Below, piece after piece: positions 51,491 through 64,000 of a stretch of DNA of 64,000 nucleotides. A program made the translations under genes and the position numbers. Within the stretch, counting starts at the first letter, position 1. The number at the start of each line of letters is the position of its first letter. The notes beneath the pieces were generated by a model. That model made no database searches. It saw only the letters and a program-made list of their open reading frames with translations, and was not told where the DNA came from. Source of the stretch: Octopus sinensis (Eukaryota); the NCBI RefSeq assembly GCF_006345805.1, contig NC_042997.1:190216001-190280000 (forward strand), in the 5' to 3' direction.

Positions 51491-52475
51491 ATATATCCAC
51501 CAACCTTCATACCTACATAACTGCTTACCTACCTACCTGCCTACCTACCTACTTACCTACCTACCTACGTGTATACATACCTCCCAATACATGTATGTAT
51601 GATTGTATGTATGTATGTATGTATGTATGTGTGTATGTATGTATGTGTGTATGTATGCATGCGTGTATGTATGCATGTATGTATGTATGTGTGTATGTAT
51701 GCATGCGTGTATGTATGCATGTATGTATGTATGTATGTATGTATGTATGTATGTATGTATGTATGTATGTATGTATGTATGTATGTATGTATGCAGTATG
51801 TATGTATGCATGTATATATGTATGTATGTATGTATATATATACATGCATAAACACATACCTATACATATAATGTTCACATGCATTCATAATAGAGACATT
51901 TAATTATACATAAGTATTCATGTATGCTTGTATATGTTTGTGGGTGTGTGTGAAAGTGGGTGTGCTGTACGTAGACTGTTGTGTGCAAAAGAGAAGTATT
52001 TGTATGTACGTGCAAAACAAAATACGCAGCGAGAAACGCATATATATTCACATATAAAGTCATTGACGCATATAGATATACCTACAAACATGCACGAAGA
52101 TACGCACATACATATTTTTATATATGTGTGTTTGTGCGACTCTAAGCGAATGTGTGTGCGACTCTAAGCGTACCTGTGTACGACTCTAAACGTATGTGAA
52201 TGTCTTTCTGCGTGTTTCTGTCACACCGTATATTGGCTCTCATTCACACAAAAGCATCTCCAACTATGCACATATCTACATATGTATGTACGAGAAAAAT
52301 GTAGAATCCGCATAAAACTGCTATATGAACAGCAGAATATGTGCTGATTCAGCGCTTACTACAATCATCATTCTGGCTGTATGTTTCTCTTCATCCACTA
52401 GCGTTAAACACGTGTATTTCTCGTTTTCCCTTTTGTGCTTATAGACATATACCTATCTATCTATCTACATGTATG

Positions 52476-52507
<32 letters not shown>

Positions 52508-52621
52508 ATATATCCACCAACCTTCATACCTACATAACTGCTTACCTACCTACCTACCTACCTACCTACTTACCTACCTACCTACGTGTATACATACCTC
52601 CCAATACATGTATGTATGATT
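50821..52621 (+). repeat. tandem duplication with ~1.02-kb period
   Basis: 50821-51604 is nearly identical to 51840-52621; bounded by (TATG)n. Confidence 0.9.
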
Positions 52622-53370
52622 GTATGTATGTATGTATGTATGCATGTATGTATGTATGTATGTATGTATGTATGTATGTGTGTATGTGTGTATGCATGTA
52701 TGCATGTATGCATGTATGCATGTATGTATGTATGTATGTATGTATGAATGCATGCATGTATGAATGCATGCATGTATGTATGTATGTATGTATGTATGTA
52801 TGTATGTGTGTTAGTATGTATGTATGTATGTATGTATGAATGCATGCATGTATGTATGTATGTATGTATGTATGAATGCATGCATGTATGTATGTATGTA
52901 TGTATGTATGTATGTGTGTTAGTATGTATGTATGTATGTATGAATGCATGCATGTATGTATGTGTATGTATGTGTATGTATTTATGCATGTATTTATATG
53001 TGCATGTATGTATGTATGTATGTATGTATGTATGTATGTATGTATACATGTATGTATGTATGTATGTATGTATGTATGTATGTATGTATGTATGTATGAA
53101 TATATTTATGTATGCATGTATGTATGTATGTATGTATGTATGTATGTATGTATGCATATATGTGTGTATAACTTATCCCCATAACATGATATTACTACTT
53201 CGATATTTCGATTATCATGCAATAAACATCACTTTCTGTGAATAATTCTGAATTTCCTTTTACACATTTATACCACAGAACAACATATATACCAATACAT
53301 ATGTACATACATACAACATACATATATACATGTGTATGTGCATGCATATATGTGTATATATATATACAGC

Positions 53371-53409
<39 letters not shown>

Positions 53410-53460
53410 TATATAATATACAGTCAAATATATATATATATATGTGGTGTGTGTGTGTGT

Positions 53461-53499
<39 letters not shown>

Positions 53500-54290
53500 T
53501 AATTATATATATATATATAATACATGTAATATATATGAATATATATATAGTCAATATATATATGTATGTATGTATGTATATATATATTTAAATGCACACA
53601 TACTTGTATATATATACATATATAGAGATAAATATATATATATAAACACACACGCATATATATATGTGCGTGTGTGCGTGTGTGCGTCTGTGTGTGTGAG
53701 TGTGTGTGCAGTTTTCTGCACATGTATTTATGGTATATGAAATGTAGTTCTTTAGATACTTTCTAATTAAGCGAGAGGCCGTCTGTCAAATAGATAGATA
53801 GTCAAGAACGCCATTGAGTGTTAGATGTATATATTTGACAGCGTCATTGATCGATTAATATAGTAATTATTTCATTCATGGTGGAAAGGGTTGTACAGCC
53901 ATGAAGATGCGATGATGGTGGGTGGAAGGATTGACTGAAATATATGTAAAAGAAAGGACTGTAAAAGTTTATTAGTGGTATATATATATGTGTGAGTGTG
54001 TGTGTGTGTGTGTATACATATATATTTATATATATATATATTTATATATATATATATATATATATATAATATCTATATATATATATGTATATATATATAT
54101 ACATATATATACACACATATACATAGGTAATATGTATGTATTCATATATGCATATCATATCAGATGCGTACATTCACACACACATGTATACACACACGCA
54201 CGCCCCACCACCACCACATACACACAAATATATATATCTGTGTGTGTTTGTCGTGGGGCGTGCTTGTGTGTGTATATATGTATATATCTA

Positions 54291-54362
<72 letters not shown>

Positions 54363-54369
54363 GTATATA

Positions 54370-54405
<36 letters not shown>

Positions 54406-54500
54406 CATATATATGTATACATATATATATATATTATATATATATACATATACATATATATATATATATTATATATATATATATATGAATACATACATAT
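52620..54500. repeat. long (TATG)n/(TA)n/(CA)n microsatellite field
   Basis: Direct reading. Confidence 0.95.
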
Positions 54501-54931
54501 ATTATTATTATTATTACTATCATCATCAAATGCGTACATTTGTCACAAAACCCTTTTCTTTGAATGCATTCATTTAACCAGGAAATCAGTTATGAAACCC
54601 TTCAATTAACTGTAGTTATCCTCAAACACAGTTGTACATATTCATAGAAACACACATGGACACACACAAACACACTCATGCACATCATACGTATCTATAC
54701 ACACACACACTGGCACACACTCGCACATATATTTTTAAAAATCGGTGTTTGAAACGTACGAAATAAGATACTATTTAAAATATCATTATATCATATTAAT
54801 GATAATAATTATAATTGTAAAAACAGCAATTTCAATATAATACTGATAACAACAACAACGGCAATAACATCAACAACAGCAAGAATGATAATAATAATAA
54901 TAGTAATAATAATAATAATGATAATAATAAA

Positions 54932-55069
54932 GATCACCATGTCGCACACATATGGTTGTGATGCATGTGCCTGGTGTACTCTTATCAAGCGGGTAGTCAT
55001 GATGGGTTTTCTGAACTTTGTATATTTACTCCAGTGTCACTTTGATGGTATTCATTGCTGTCTCACTCA
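54932..55069 (+). mobile_element. family G 3'-end fragment in (TAA)n
   Basis: Diverged reverse complement of 39457-39595. Confidence 0.7.
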
Positions 55070-55120
55070 ATAATTACAACAACAATAATAATATTAATAA
55101 TAATGATAATAATAATAATG

Positions 55121-55176
<56 letters not shown>

Positions 55177-55559
55177 CATATCAATCGTTTCAAATTTTGC
55201 CTCAAGGCCAGCAATAAGTTGATTACATCGACCCCAGAGCTTAACTGGTACTTATTTTACTGATCTCAAAAAGAATGAAAGACCTTAGCGGATTTGAAAT
55301 CAGAATGTGAGGATGGAAGAAATGCTGCTAAGCATTTAGCCCGGAATATTAAATAAATAAATAAATAAATAAACAACGACGACAACGACAGCGGAGAGAA
55401 CGACGATGATGACGATGACAATGATGATGATGATGATGACGTTGATGATGATGGGGATGATGGTGATGGGGATGATGATGATGATGACGACGACAACGAG
55501 GACGACGATGACGATTATAATGTTATTATAAGCATTTCGCCCGGCGTGCTAACGTTTCT

Positions 55560-55848
55560 TATTTCTTTATTGCCCACAAGAGGCTAAACATAGAAGGGAC
55601 AAACAAGGACAGGCAAAGGGATTAAGTCGATTACATTGATTCCAGTGCGTAACTGGTACTTAATTTATCGACCCCGAAAGGATGAAAGGCAAAGGCGACC
55701 TCGGCGGAATTTGAACTCAGAACGTAACGGCAGACGAAATACGGCTACGCATTTCGCCCGGCGTGCTAACGTTTCTGCCAGCTCGCCGCCTTTGCTAACG
55801 TTTCTGCCAGCTCTCCGCTTTTGCTAACGTTTCTGCCAGCTCGCCGCC
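55560..55848 (-). mobile_element. SINE family B with extra head fragments
   Basis: Monomer 55560-55790 followed by two tgctaacgtttctgccagctc..cgc repeats; another head fragment at 55530-55559. Confidence 0.85.
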
Positions 55849-56013
55849 TTACAAGAACGAATTCTATCGTTATATCTTCCTCTGGACGGGAACGCCGTGC
55901 TTTCCCAGACTTCCTCATTTCCCATTTTTGCTAGCTGAGTGAATTGGAACAACGTGAAAGGAAATGTTTTGGTCAAGAACACAATGCATCACCCAGTTCA
56001 GGAATACATACAG

Positions 56014-56101
<88 letters not shown>

Positions 56102-57629
56102 GCATGTATATGTATGTGATTGTGTGTTTGTCCCACGCCACCGTTTGACAACCACTGTTGGTTTGTTTACATCCACATAAGTTAGTAGTTCGACGAAAGA
56201 AACGAATAGGATAAGTACCGAACTTTCAAAAACAATAAATAAATAAATTAATCAATTACTTAATTAATTAAAAGCCCTGGCGTTGATTTGTTTCACTAAA
56301 GACTTCACGGTTGTGCCCCAGCATGACCGCAGTCCATTGACCAAAACAAGGGAAAGTTATAAACCAATATATTACTTCTAGTATGAGATGTATTTGTTTT
56401 GAAATTTCTCACCATCAAATTGTTCATTAATTTCTAGTTCGTTCAGCACATCAACATTGAGCTATTACTATATAATAAATAGTAATATAGCAAACATCAA
56501 TAATAAAAAAAGGAATATCATTATGATACGAACTCGCCGCTTTTCAGCTTCAGTATCAATACCTTGTTTATTCAGACTCTGCGATTCATCGACCATCTAA
56601 ATAAATAGCTTTTATCTATGCGATATTTATTTTATTCAATTGTAAATGTCGTCTTCTGTTTCCATGTGATATCATCCTAACTTTCCGAAACATGAAATAC
56701 CTCATTTTAGAGTAATAGGCATTAATATAATAGACATTTAGAAAGATTGTGCAAACAGATATACAGAATATATTTACCCTTAAATGTGAAACGTATGGAT
56801 TGATGTCACGAATGGCTCATTTGAAAAGTTACTTTAACAATGGATTTCTCTCTTATATTTTTTTTAACATGTTTATCGAAAATATTTTTTATCGTGACAA
56901 TGTGTTCATGAAAACCTCATGGCTGACTGGATCTATTTGAATTTTTATTTGAAGACTGACAAATCAATAGTCAAGATCAAAGTGTAAATCGTAATAACAG
57001 TCAGTGAAATAAATACCTCGAATATATATTAAAGATACGCAGTGGTGTTAAATCAATAATACACATTACGACTTTTGTTGGGTAGAAAATATGAGTAATT
57101 ATATCACATTAAAGAATCAACACTTTCCACTTGATCAGACTGATTTTACATAACTGTAGATTGTAAAATGCTATAAAAATATTTTGCTAAATAGATATGA
57201 CATAATACCAGAGTATTATTTTGCTATTGCATTGGAGTAATAGGAATTCGAAGTTCAATAATGTTATTCCGATGTTAGAAGTGTCTTTTTTTATATGGTT
57301 ATGATATAGTCAATGGTCTGAAACGGAGTATATAACTGCTAACTTTTCATGAAGACTAGTAGAATGAAAAATACCATTTTTCAGGTAGCATGGCGTCTGC
57401 TATTTACTACACGGTAAAATTATTTTAGAAGTGTGTATTCTTAAAGCTAATGTATACTAGCATGTAGTCCCGAATTTATAGAGAAGCAGAACGTAAGTTT
57501 TCAAAGGGAAGCAACCGTTTTCATGTAGGAAATTAGTTTTAATAACAAACTGAAATCTCTTCGTGGAGTCTGCTTGTTCTGAGCGTATATTTTTTAATCT
57601 TTGAAACCACATTTTATGGAATTTATAAC

Positions 57630-57862
57630 TTATTTCTTTACTATCCACAAGGGGCTAAACACAGAGAGGACAAACAAGGACAGACAAACGGATTGAGTCG
57701 ATTATATCGACCCCAGTGCGTAACTGGTACTTATTTAATCGACCCCGAAAGGATGAAAAGAAAAGTCGACCTCGGCGGAATTTGAACTCAGAACGTAGCG
57801 TCAGACAAAATACCGCTAGGCATTTCGCCTAGTGTGCTAACGATTCTACCAGCTCGCCGCCT
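57630..57862 (-). mobile_element. SINE family B, monomer
   Basis: Full length; TSD gaatttataac. Confidence 0.9.
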
Positions 57863-58076
57863 TTTGAATTTATAACCTACCAAACAAATAACTGCATAGA
57901 ATAAAATGAATACAGGTATAACAATACTTGTAACATTCTTGTTGCCTAACATGACTTATCTTTAAATAAAAACTTTGCTGCTAATAATTACTTAGCATTT
58001 ACTTGCAATATTATTGAACATATAAACAAATAACATTTTAATATAATGGCTGACATTTCGGTGTTCTAGACAAAAT

Positions 58077-58192
58077 AATCATCATCATTGCTCGACCGTG
58101 GTCGAGACAATGGAATTTACCATGTTGCGCCAGACTTCACGGTCCATCATAGCATTACGGAGGTCTTGTTGCTGGATGCCTGTATCCCTGGA
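58077..58192 (-). pseudogene. RTE-type LINE extreme 3' fragment
   Basis: SRDTGIQQQDLRNAMMDREVWRNMVNSIVSTTVEQ* (DR..WR motif) followed by a short (TGA)n tail. Confidence 0.75.
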
Positions 58193-60301
58193 TACAAAAT
58201 AATACCGACAAGAGGTATTTATGGTTTGCGTTCTAATCTCAACGAGGTTAATTAAATCTGTTCCAATCAAAGAGTTCTAAATACACTGATGATGTAACAG
58301 ACATTCCAACATTATACACAGCATTTACCACTTTATAACATTTTGATCATGTAATTTAACGGAGTATGAGCAAATGTTTTATCCGCACAGTAGGTAGCAA
58401 GTAAGTTGTGTAGGAACATGTAATCATCTGCTGTAATATATTACTTGTTTCAAGGTAATCAATAATGAAATATGATCAATGGTTTTAATCATTTTTCCAT
58501 TGCCAATCCTTTCATCATTGCACCCCAAACGCAGGCTCAACTCTCGCAGCAACGTAAAATATAAAAATTAGAATGTAATAAAAACGCGATTATATCTTCT
58601 GCCTGTTATCAGTTGTTAAAACCTTACATTAATAAAGATTTAAACTGAGATCATAGGTTAAAATATATAATTCTAAAAAAAGTCTCCTGTGGCGTTTTGT
58701 GGTTTCAATTTGATAAGAAAACGTTTAAATCAATAGGGAACAGAGAAGCGTTTATGAGTTCGATGTTATCTTGTCGCGGAGAGTCTAATCAGAATACAGT
58801 AAAATGAGGCCAATTTTGACTTATAAACCTAGAACATGATTCCTAACTTGGTTTATTGGGAACAGACATATAGAATGGATGACATTTAAAAATATACATC
58901 AGCTTAAGTATCTCTCCGTGAATAATTATCTATGAGTTGTTTTTTGATTATATAGAATGCGGCATAGTATGCTGAACTTTAATCTCGTTATAATTATCAA
59001 AACAACCTCCTAAATTTACAAAATCAATTTAAAATGCCACTTCTTTTTCGTTTCTCAATTATAAAGATAATCCTAGAAGAGAGTTCTATATACGTCTTGA
59101 AACGTAAATACTGTATACGGAGGCATACATAAAACTATGTGTTTACAGGTATACACAAATGATTTTCTTGTGTAAAATCGGTCAGATATGCCAGAAAGAA
59201 CTTTAGAAAATACTGAAATTTTAATTTTTTCGATGCTTTTCGTTGGCTAAATCATTATATTTAACAAAGAATTTTAACTGTGAAGTCCTGAACTAAATAT
59301 ACGAACCTGAGTACAACCTCAGTCATCTAGCAGTGAGTATCTTTTGTAGCAAACAAGCAACTCTTTTCATTTGTAAACAAAAACTCTAAATCCTATCAAT
59401 GCCGCATCTCACCAACCACGATTCAGGATCGTGCTCCCTAAATAATGGTGCGATTGCCGACTAGAGCATTCAAATGCTGGAGTGACTAAAATTCCCAAAG
59501 GCTGTAGCAATCATGACCTTATCTATGAACAAGAAAATCCTATATTTCTTAGATTCTTATTTTAATTCGGGTGACTGTATTCTGCTAATCAAAAATGCAT
59601 TAAAATACCAAGTCAGCAGAAACCATAAATGCCCTAGAAAGAACATAGATTTCCTAACGTACTGAAATAGACACTGAACAACAATTGAACAATAGATAAA
59701 TTAAGGATGCATATTAAATACATGAAAGTTCATACCTCAGAATAATCGCTGAGTAAATGTAGGGTACGATAAACTTAGACAACAGACGAGTATTTGTATC
59801 GTAAATGGAAACTAATTGCAGAGTAAGATAGTTCTGCATCACATTTGGAAAACAATTAGCAGTTAATCAAACGTAAAACATTGTAAGTATGTACGTTAAA
59901 TGTACTTCGTCTTGGTGAACAAATATAACAATATATAAAGAAGTGAAACATCTTTACCATGTCTGCCATGTGTATGAGAGTTCTGGAAATATGTGTATAT
60001 ATATAGATGTATATATTTGTTTGTGTGCGCATGTATGTGACGTGGGATGTGTGTGTGTGTGTGCGTATGTAGATATATATATATATATAATAAAAATATG
60101 TTACAAAAAGAAAACAGAAAATACACGTGGAAATGTAAGGGGAAAATAAGAAAAATCAACGAAAATGCACATTGTAAATAAAAAAAGAAAAGGCTTTTTA
60201 TGAAAGGTAACGACAGATATATACATTTAGATGGACTGAGGTAGTAATAAGAGTCATAAAAGTCATTATTATGAGATGATTAAAGAATCAGTAAGCATAC
60301 C

Positions 60302-60339
<38 letters not shown>

Positions 60340-60663
60340 TAACATGAAAATAAACGGTTAGAAACGATACATGTTTTTCATAGTCCCGTACACACATACT
60401 GCGCGCACGTTTCACATGCATTAAAACTCGGATAAATATAAGATTTAATCTTGGACTTGCAACTATTAAACTATAAGGGCTTACATCTATTCTCCTTGAA
60501 AGACGTGTTATTAATTACAGGCACTTCACTTATCTTGTCCACTTTTATACTCGAAATAGAAGTTAAACTTCAAGCCCAGTATCTAAGAACGCATCACACT
60601 CAATCGCATCTACCATACAATCTCTTTACACACTGCAAGAAATTCCCACAATTAATTTATTTG

Positions 60664-60884
60664 ACAATTGCAGTGTGGAAGGTATTTATAATTTTGTTAG
60701 TGAACAGGTCGCGATCTCAAAGCGACGAAAATATTTTGGCAAGTTAAATTTAAATGTTGAAGTGAATCTAACGGATTTTGTGTGTTTCTTAAATGGCCTA
60801 TAAACACCTTCCACGTTGCAATTGTTTTCGTTCCAGCACACGATCTCAGATCAGATCACTTGCTACGCAGGTACATCTCCGTAA
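60664..60884. mobile_element. family F repeat
   Basis: Homologous to 29894-30168, including a remnant of the inverted left arm. Confidence 0.75.
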
Positions 60885-60983
60885 TTTAAATGACATGTGT
60901 CATGAATGCATTCTTATAGCTCTACTGATTCTAAATGGGACACTATTCAATGATAATGACATCACGAAATCAAAGGTCATTTA

Positions 60984-61322
60984 GAAGGCATATGGTTCAG
61001 GGGTTAGAGCGTTGGACTCACAATCATGAGGTATTGAGTTCGATTCCCGGACCGGACTGTGTGTTGTGCTCTTGAGCAAGACACTTTATTTCACGTTGCC
61101 CCAGTTCACTCAGATGTACAAACGAATTACGATGTCACTGGTGCCAAGGTGTATCGGCCATCGCCTTTCGCTTGGAAAACATCAGTGGTGTGCAAAGGGG
61201 AGACTGATATGCATGGGCGACTGCATCTTCCATAACCAATCTTCCCCGGACTTGTACCACGGAGGGGAATTGTTTAGGTGCAATCTCATAGTCAATCAAG
61301 ACCGAAGGGGTCTTTACCCTTT
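60984..61322 (+). mobile_element. tRNA-derived CORE-type SINE
   Basis: TGGTTCAGGGG and GAGTTCGATTCC boxes, then CORE-like gtgttgtgctcttgagcaagacacttta...cactcagatgta. Confidence 0.8.
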
Positions 61323-61795
61323 CACATGCATATATATATAATTTATCCAATACATACATACATACATACATACATACATACATACATACATACATACATA
61401 CATACATGCATGCATACATACATACATGCATACATATATATATATAAACATAAATATATGTGACAATTAGTTGGTTGTCACACATATTTATAGATAAATT
61501 CCTCTATTTTACATAATATCGAAGGTCTCGTTCATCCTTTGTGGTGTTTTTTTTTTTTTCATGTATTATTATTATATAATATATATAATATATATATATA
61601 TTATATAATTTGAAGTATGAAACATTATAGCGGCGATGATAAATAAACATGTCACCTAAGGGACAGTTTTAGAAAAGAAGAAGCTGGATAACTCGGTGAA
61701 ATAGACGAATCCTTTTACAACTCTGACTCTAGGTGTATATACACATACATACACATATACATATATATATGTACATATATATATTTATATATGTA

Positions 61796-62302
61796 CTAGC
61801 AGTATCGCCCGGCGTTGCTCGGGTTTGTAAGGGAAATAACTATATAAGCATTTTTAGAGAGTTACTTCCCTTATAGATGCCAATTCGGGCTTTCTTAGCC
61901 ATTTCTGTTTTGGTGTCTTCAAGCCATGAAGTCGTTGTTCTAAAAGAACGCTGGTCTCCTTGACAACGCTTTACGACGTTGATTCCTTACACTCCCTCGC
62001 CACAGCTTCACGAGGGAGGGAAGAAGGGGGAGACGCAAACAGGTGCAGGTGTGACCATGGACGCCAACTCCGCCGCCATCGACACACGAAAATTATGCAT
62101 TAAAATGGAATAAAAAATGATGTAAATTATTTTTAAAATCGTGACTCATCTTAGACGCGCGCTAATACTCAGATGGGCTCGATATGAATCAGACTATAAG
62201 ATACCCGAATTTGTTTAAACTGCACCGCAAAATGTGGGAGTAGTTAGGAATCTAAATCGAAGGGGACAGACACTCGCACAACTACAGTTTTATATATATA
62301 GA
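61796..62302 (-). mobile_element. non-autonomous Helitron
   Basis: Same termini as 22225-22622 with a different internal segment (~61875-62095). Confidence 0.85.
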
Positions 62303-62850
62303 TGTATGTGCGTGGTTATGTGTGTGTGTTTGTGTGTGTATGAATACGGAGAGAGAGATACAGAAAGGAGAAGAGAGAGAGAGAAATGGAAAGGTAATGA
62401 AGGAGAGGAAAAAGAGAAACAGAAGACAGATGAAGAGATGCTTGCTACTGAATTAGTTGACCACAATTATCCAAGCGCCGTTCATTTAGCTGTTGTGTTC
62501 TTCACTTTTTCTTATATACTGTATTTCTTTCAGAAAAAAATATTTCACACTTAATTTCTGTGCCATATAGACAGAGGATACGGATAGGAAATCTTGAGAT
62601 TCGTTGTGTCAAATAGCTTGTTGCAGAATTTAGAATTTAGGTCATCTTTGTACTTCCTGCTCTCTGATGTAGTCGTATGTGCATTTGCAGAGATTTATCT
62701 AAGCATGCCTAAGATATGCTCAGAATTTTCCGCTTGCATCAGCTCGTGTACTGTGAAAAAATATATTTCAATTTTTTTCGCACTTTCATATCACCAAATT
62801 TGCAGAGTTATCTCAGACGTGATTCTGTGTGCGTGCGTATAGGTGTATGT

Positions 62851-62890
<40 letters not shown>

Positions 62891-63239
62891 ATGTGCATTG
62901 GTCGTGTGTGTGTTCGCATCTGCTCATGTGTGTATGTGTATGCTTCTATATATATGTACAAATGTGACGGTGTGATGGCGCATGTGTGGCGATTTGCGCT
63001 GCAAACAGAATTCAAGATTAAATTAATCACAAAAAATGGCAAAAGAATAGGTATATATGTACAAACATATATATATATATATATGTGTGTGTGTATTGTG
63101 TGCGTGTGTGTGCGTGCATGCGTATCTATGTGTGTATGTATATACATATACACACATATGAATATGCCTATGTATAAGCAGACGTTTACATATTGCCATG
63201 CATATGGATTTATGTGTGTACTTGTATATAATACATGGT

Positions 63240-63696
63240 GTATATATGTGTGCGTGTGTATGTGTATGTATGTGTGTGTATGTGTGCGTGCGTGTGTATG
63301 TGTGAGTGTACACAAGTATGTATGTGTGTATATATGTATGTATGTATGCATGTATGTATGTATCTATGTATGTATGTAAGTATGTATGCATGTATGTATG
63401 CATGTATGTATGTATGCATGTATGTATATATGTATGTACGTATGTATGTATTATGTATGCATGTATGTATGTATGTATGTATGTATGTATGTATGCATGC
63501 ATGTATGTATGTATATATATATATGTATGTATGTATGCATGTATGTATATATGTATGTACTTATGTATGTATGTATGTATGTATGTATGTATGCATGTAT
63601 GTATGTATTTTGTATGTATGTATCTATGTATTTATGTATGTATGTATGTATCTATGTATGTATGAATGTATGTATGTATGTATGTATTCATGTATG

Positions 63697-63727
<31 letters not shown>

Positions 63728-63860
63728 GTATGAATGTATGTATCTATGTATGTATGTATGCATGTATGTATGTATGTATGCATATATGTATGTATGTATC
63801 TATGTATGTATGTATCTATGTAAGTATGTATGTATCTATGTATGTACGTATGTACACACA
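63240..63860. repeat. degenerate (TATG)n microsatellite
   Basis: Direct reading. Confidence 0.95.
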
Positions 63861-64000
63861 TGCAATGCTCATAGAAAAATTTGTGCTGAAACAATAGCTT
63901 TTGTCGCTAATATTGCAAGCCGAGAATACCGTTCAATTACATGTCTCGGTGCCGGAAAGAAAGATTAAGATATTTTGTTATAAAGAAGCTGTTTCACATA

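Noticed and set aside
1810-63968. Numerous ORF-track proteins rich in Y/I/C/V/M/H/T
   Set aside because: Translations of (TA)n, (TG)n, (TATG)n and (TAA)n microsatellites, or of SINE bodies (e.g. FQSFDCGHAGAPP, MRNWYLIYRPRKDERQSRPRR); not genes.

Overview
AT-rich, microsatellite-saturated animal genomic DNA with no recognisable host protein-coding gene, rRNA, intact tRNA or CRISPR array. The SINE repertoire and the (TA)n/(TATG)n/(TAA)n load suggest a coleoid cephalopod such as Octopus (inference); the window is probably intergenic or intronic. Almost all ORF-track entries are translations of microsatellites or SINEs. What is supported: several tRNA-derived SINE families in many copies (labelled A, B, D here); a decayed full-length mariner with TIRs and two nested SINEs; MITEs; three non-autonomous Helitrons; LINE fragments (R4/Dong RLE, L1/Tx1 APE, CR1/L2-like, RTE); a probable solo LTR; and a ~1 kb tandem duplication. 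Four observations stand out. (1) Eight minimal type I hammerhead ribozyme motifs occur in four unrelated short repeat families, typical of Penelope-like elements. (2) One of these families joins a tRNA-like Pol III head, (TAA)n and a hammerhead tail, and has inserted as an inverted dimer with a 12-bp TSD. (3) SINE family B forms head-to-tail multimers with an invariant junction. (4) Stepwise 5'-end reiterations appear in more than one retroelement family. Coordinates were read by eye and may be off by a few bases.
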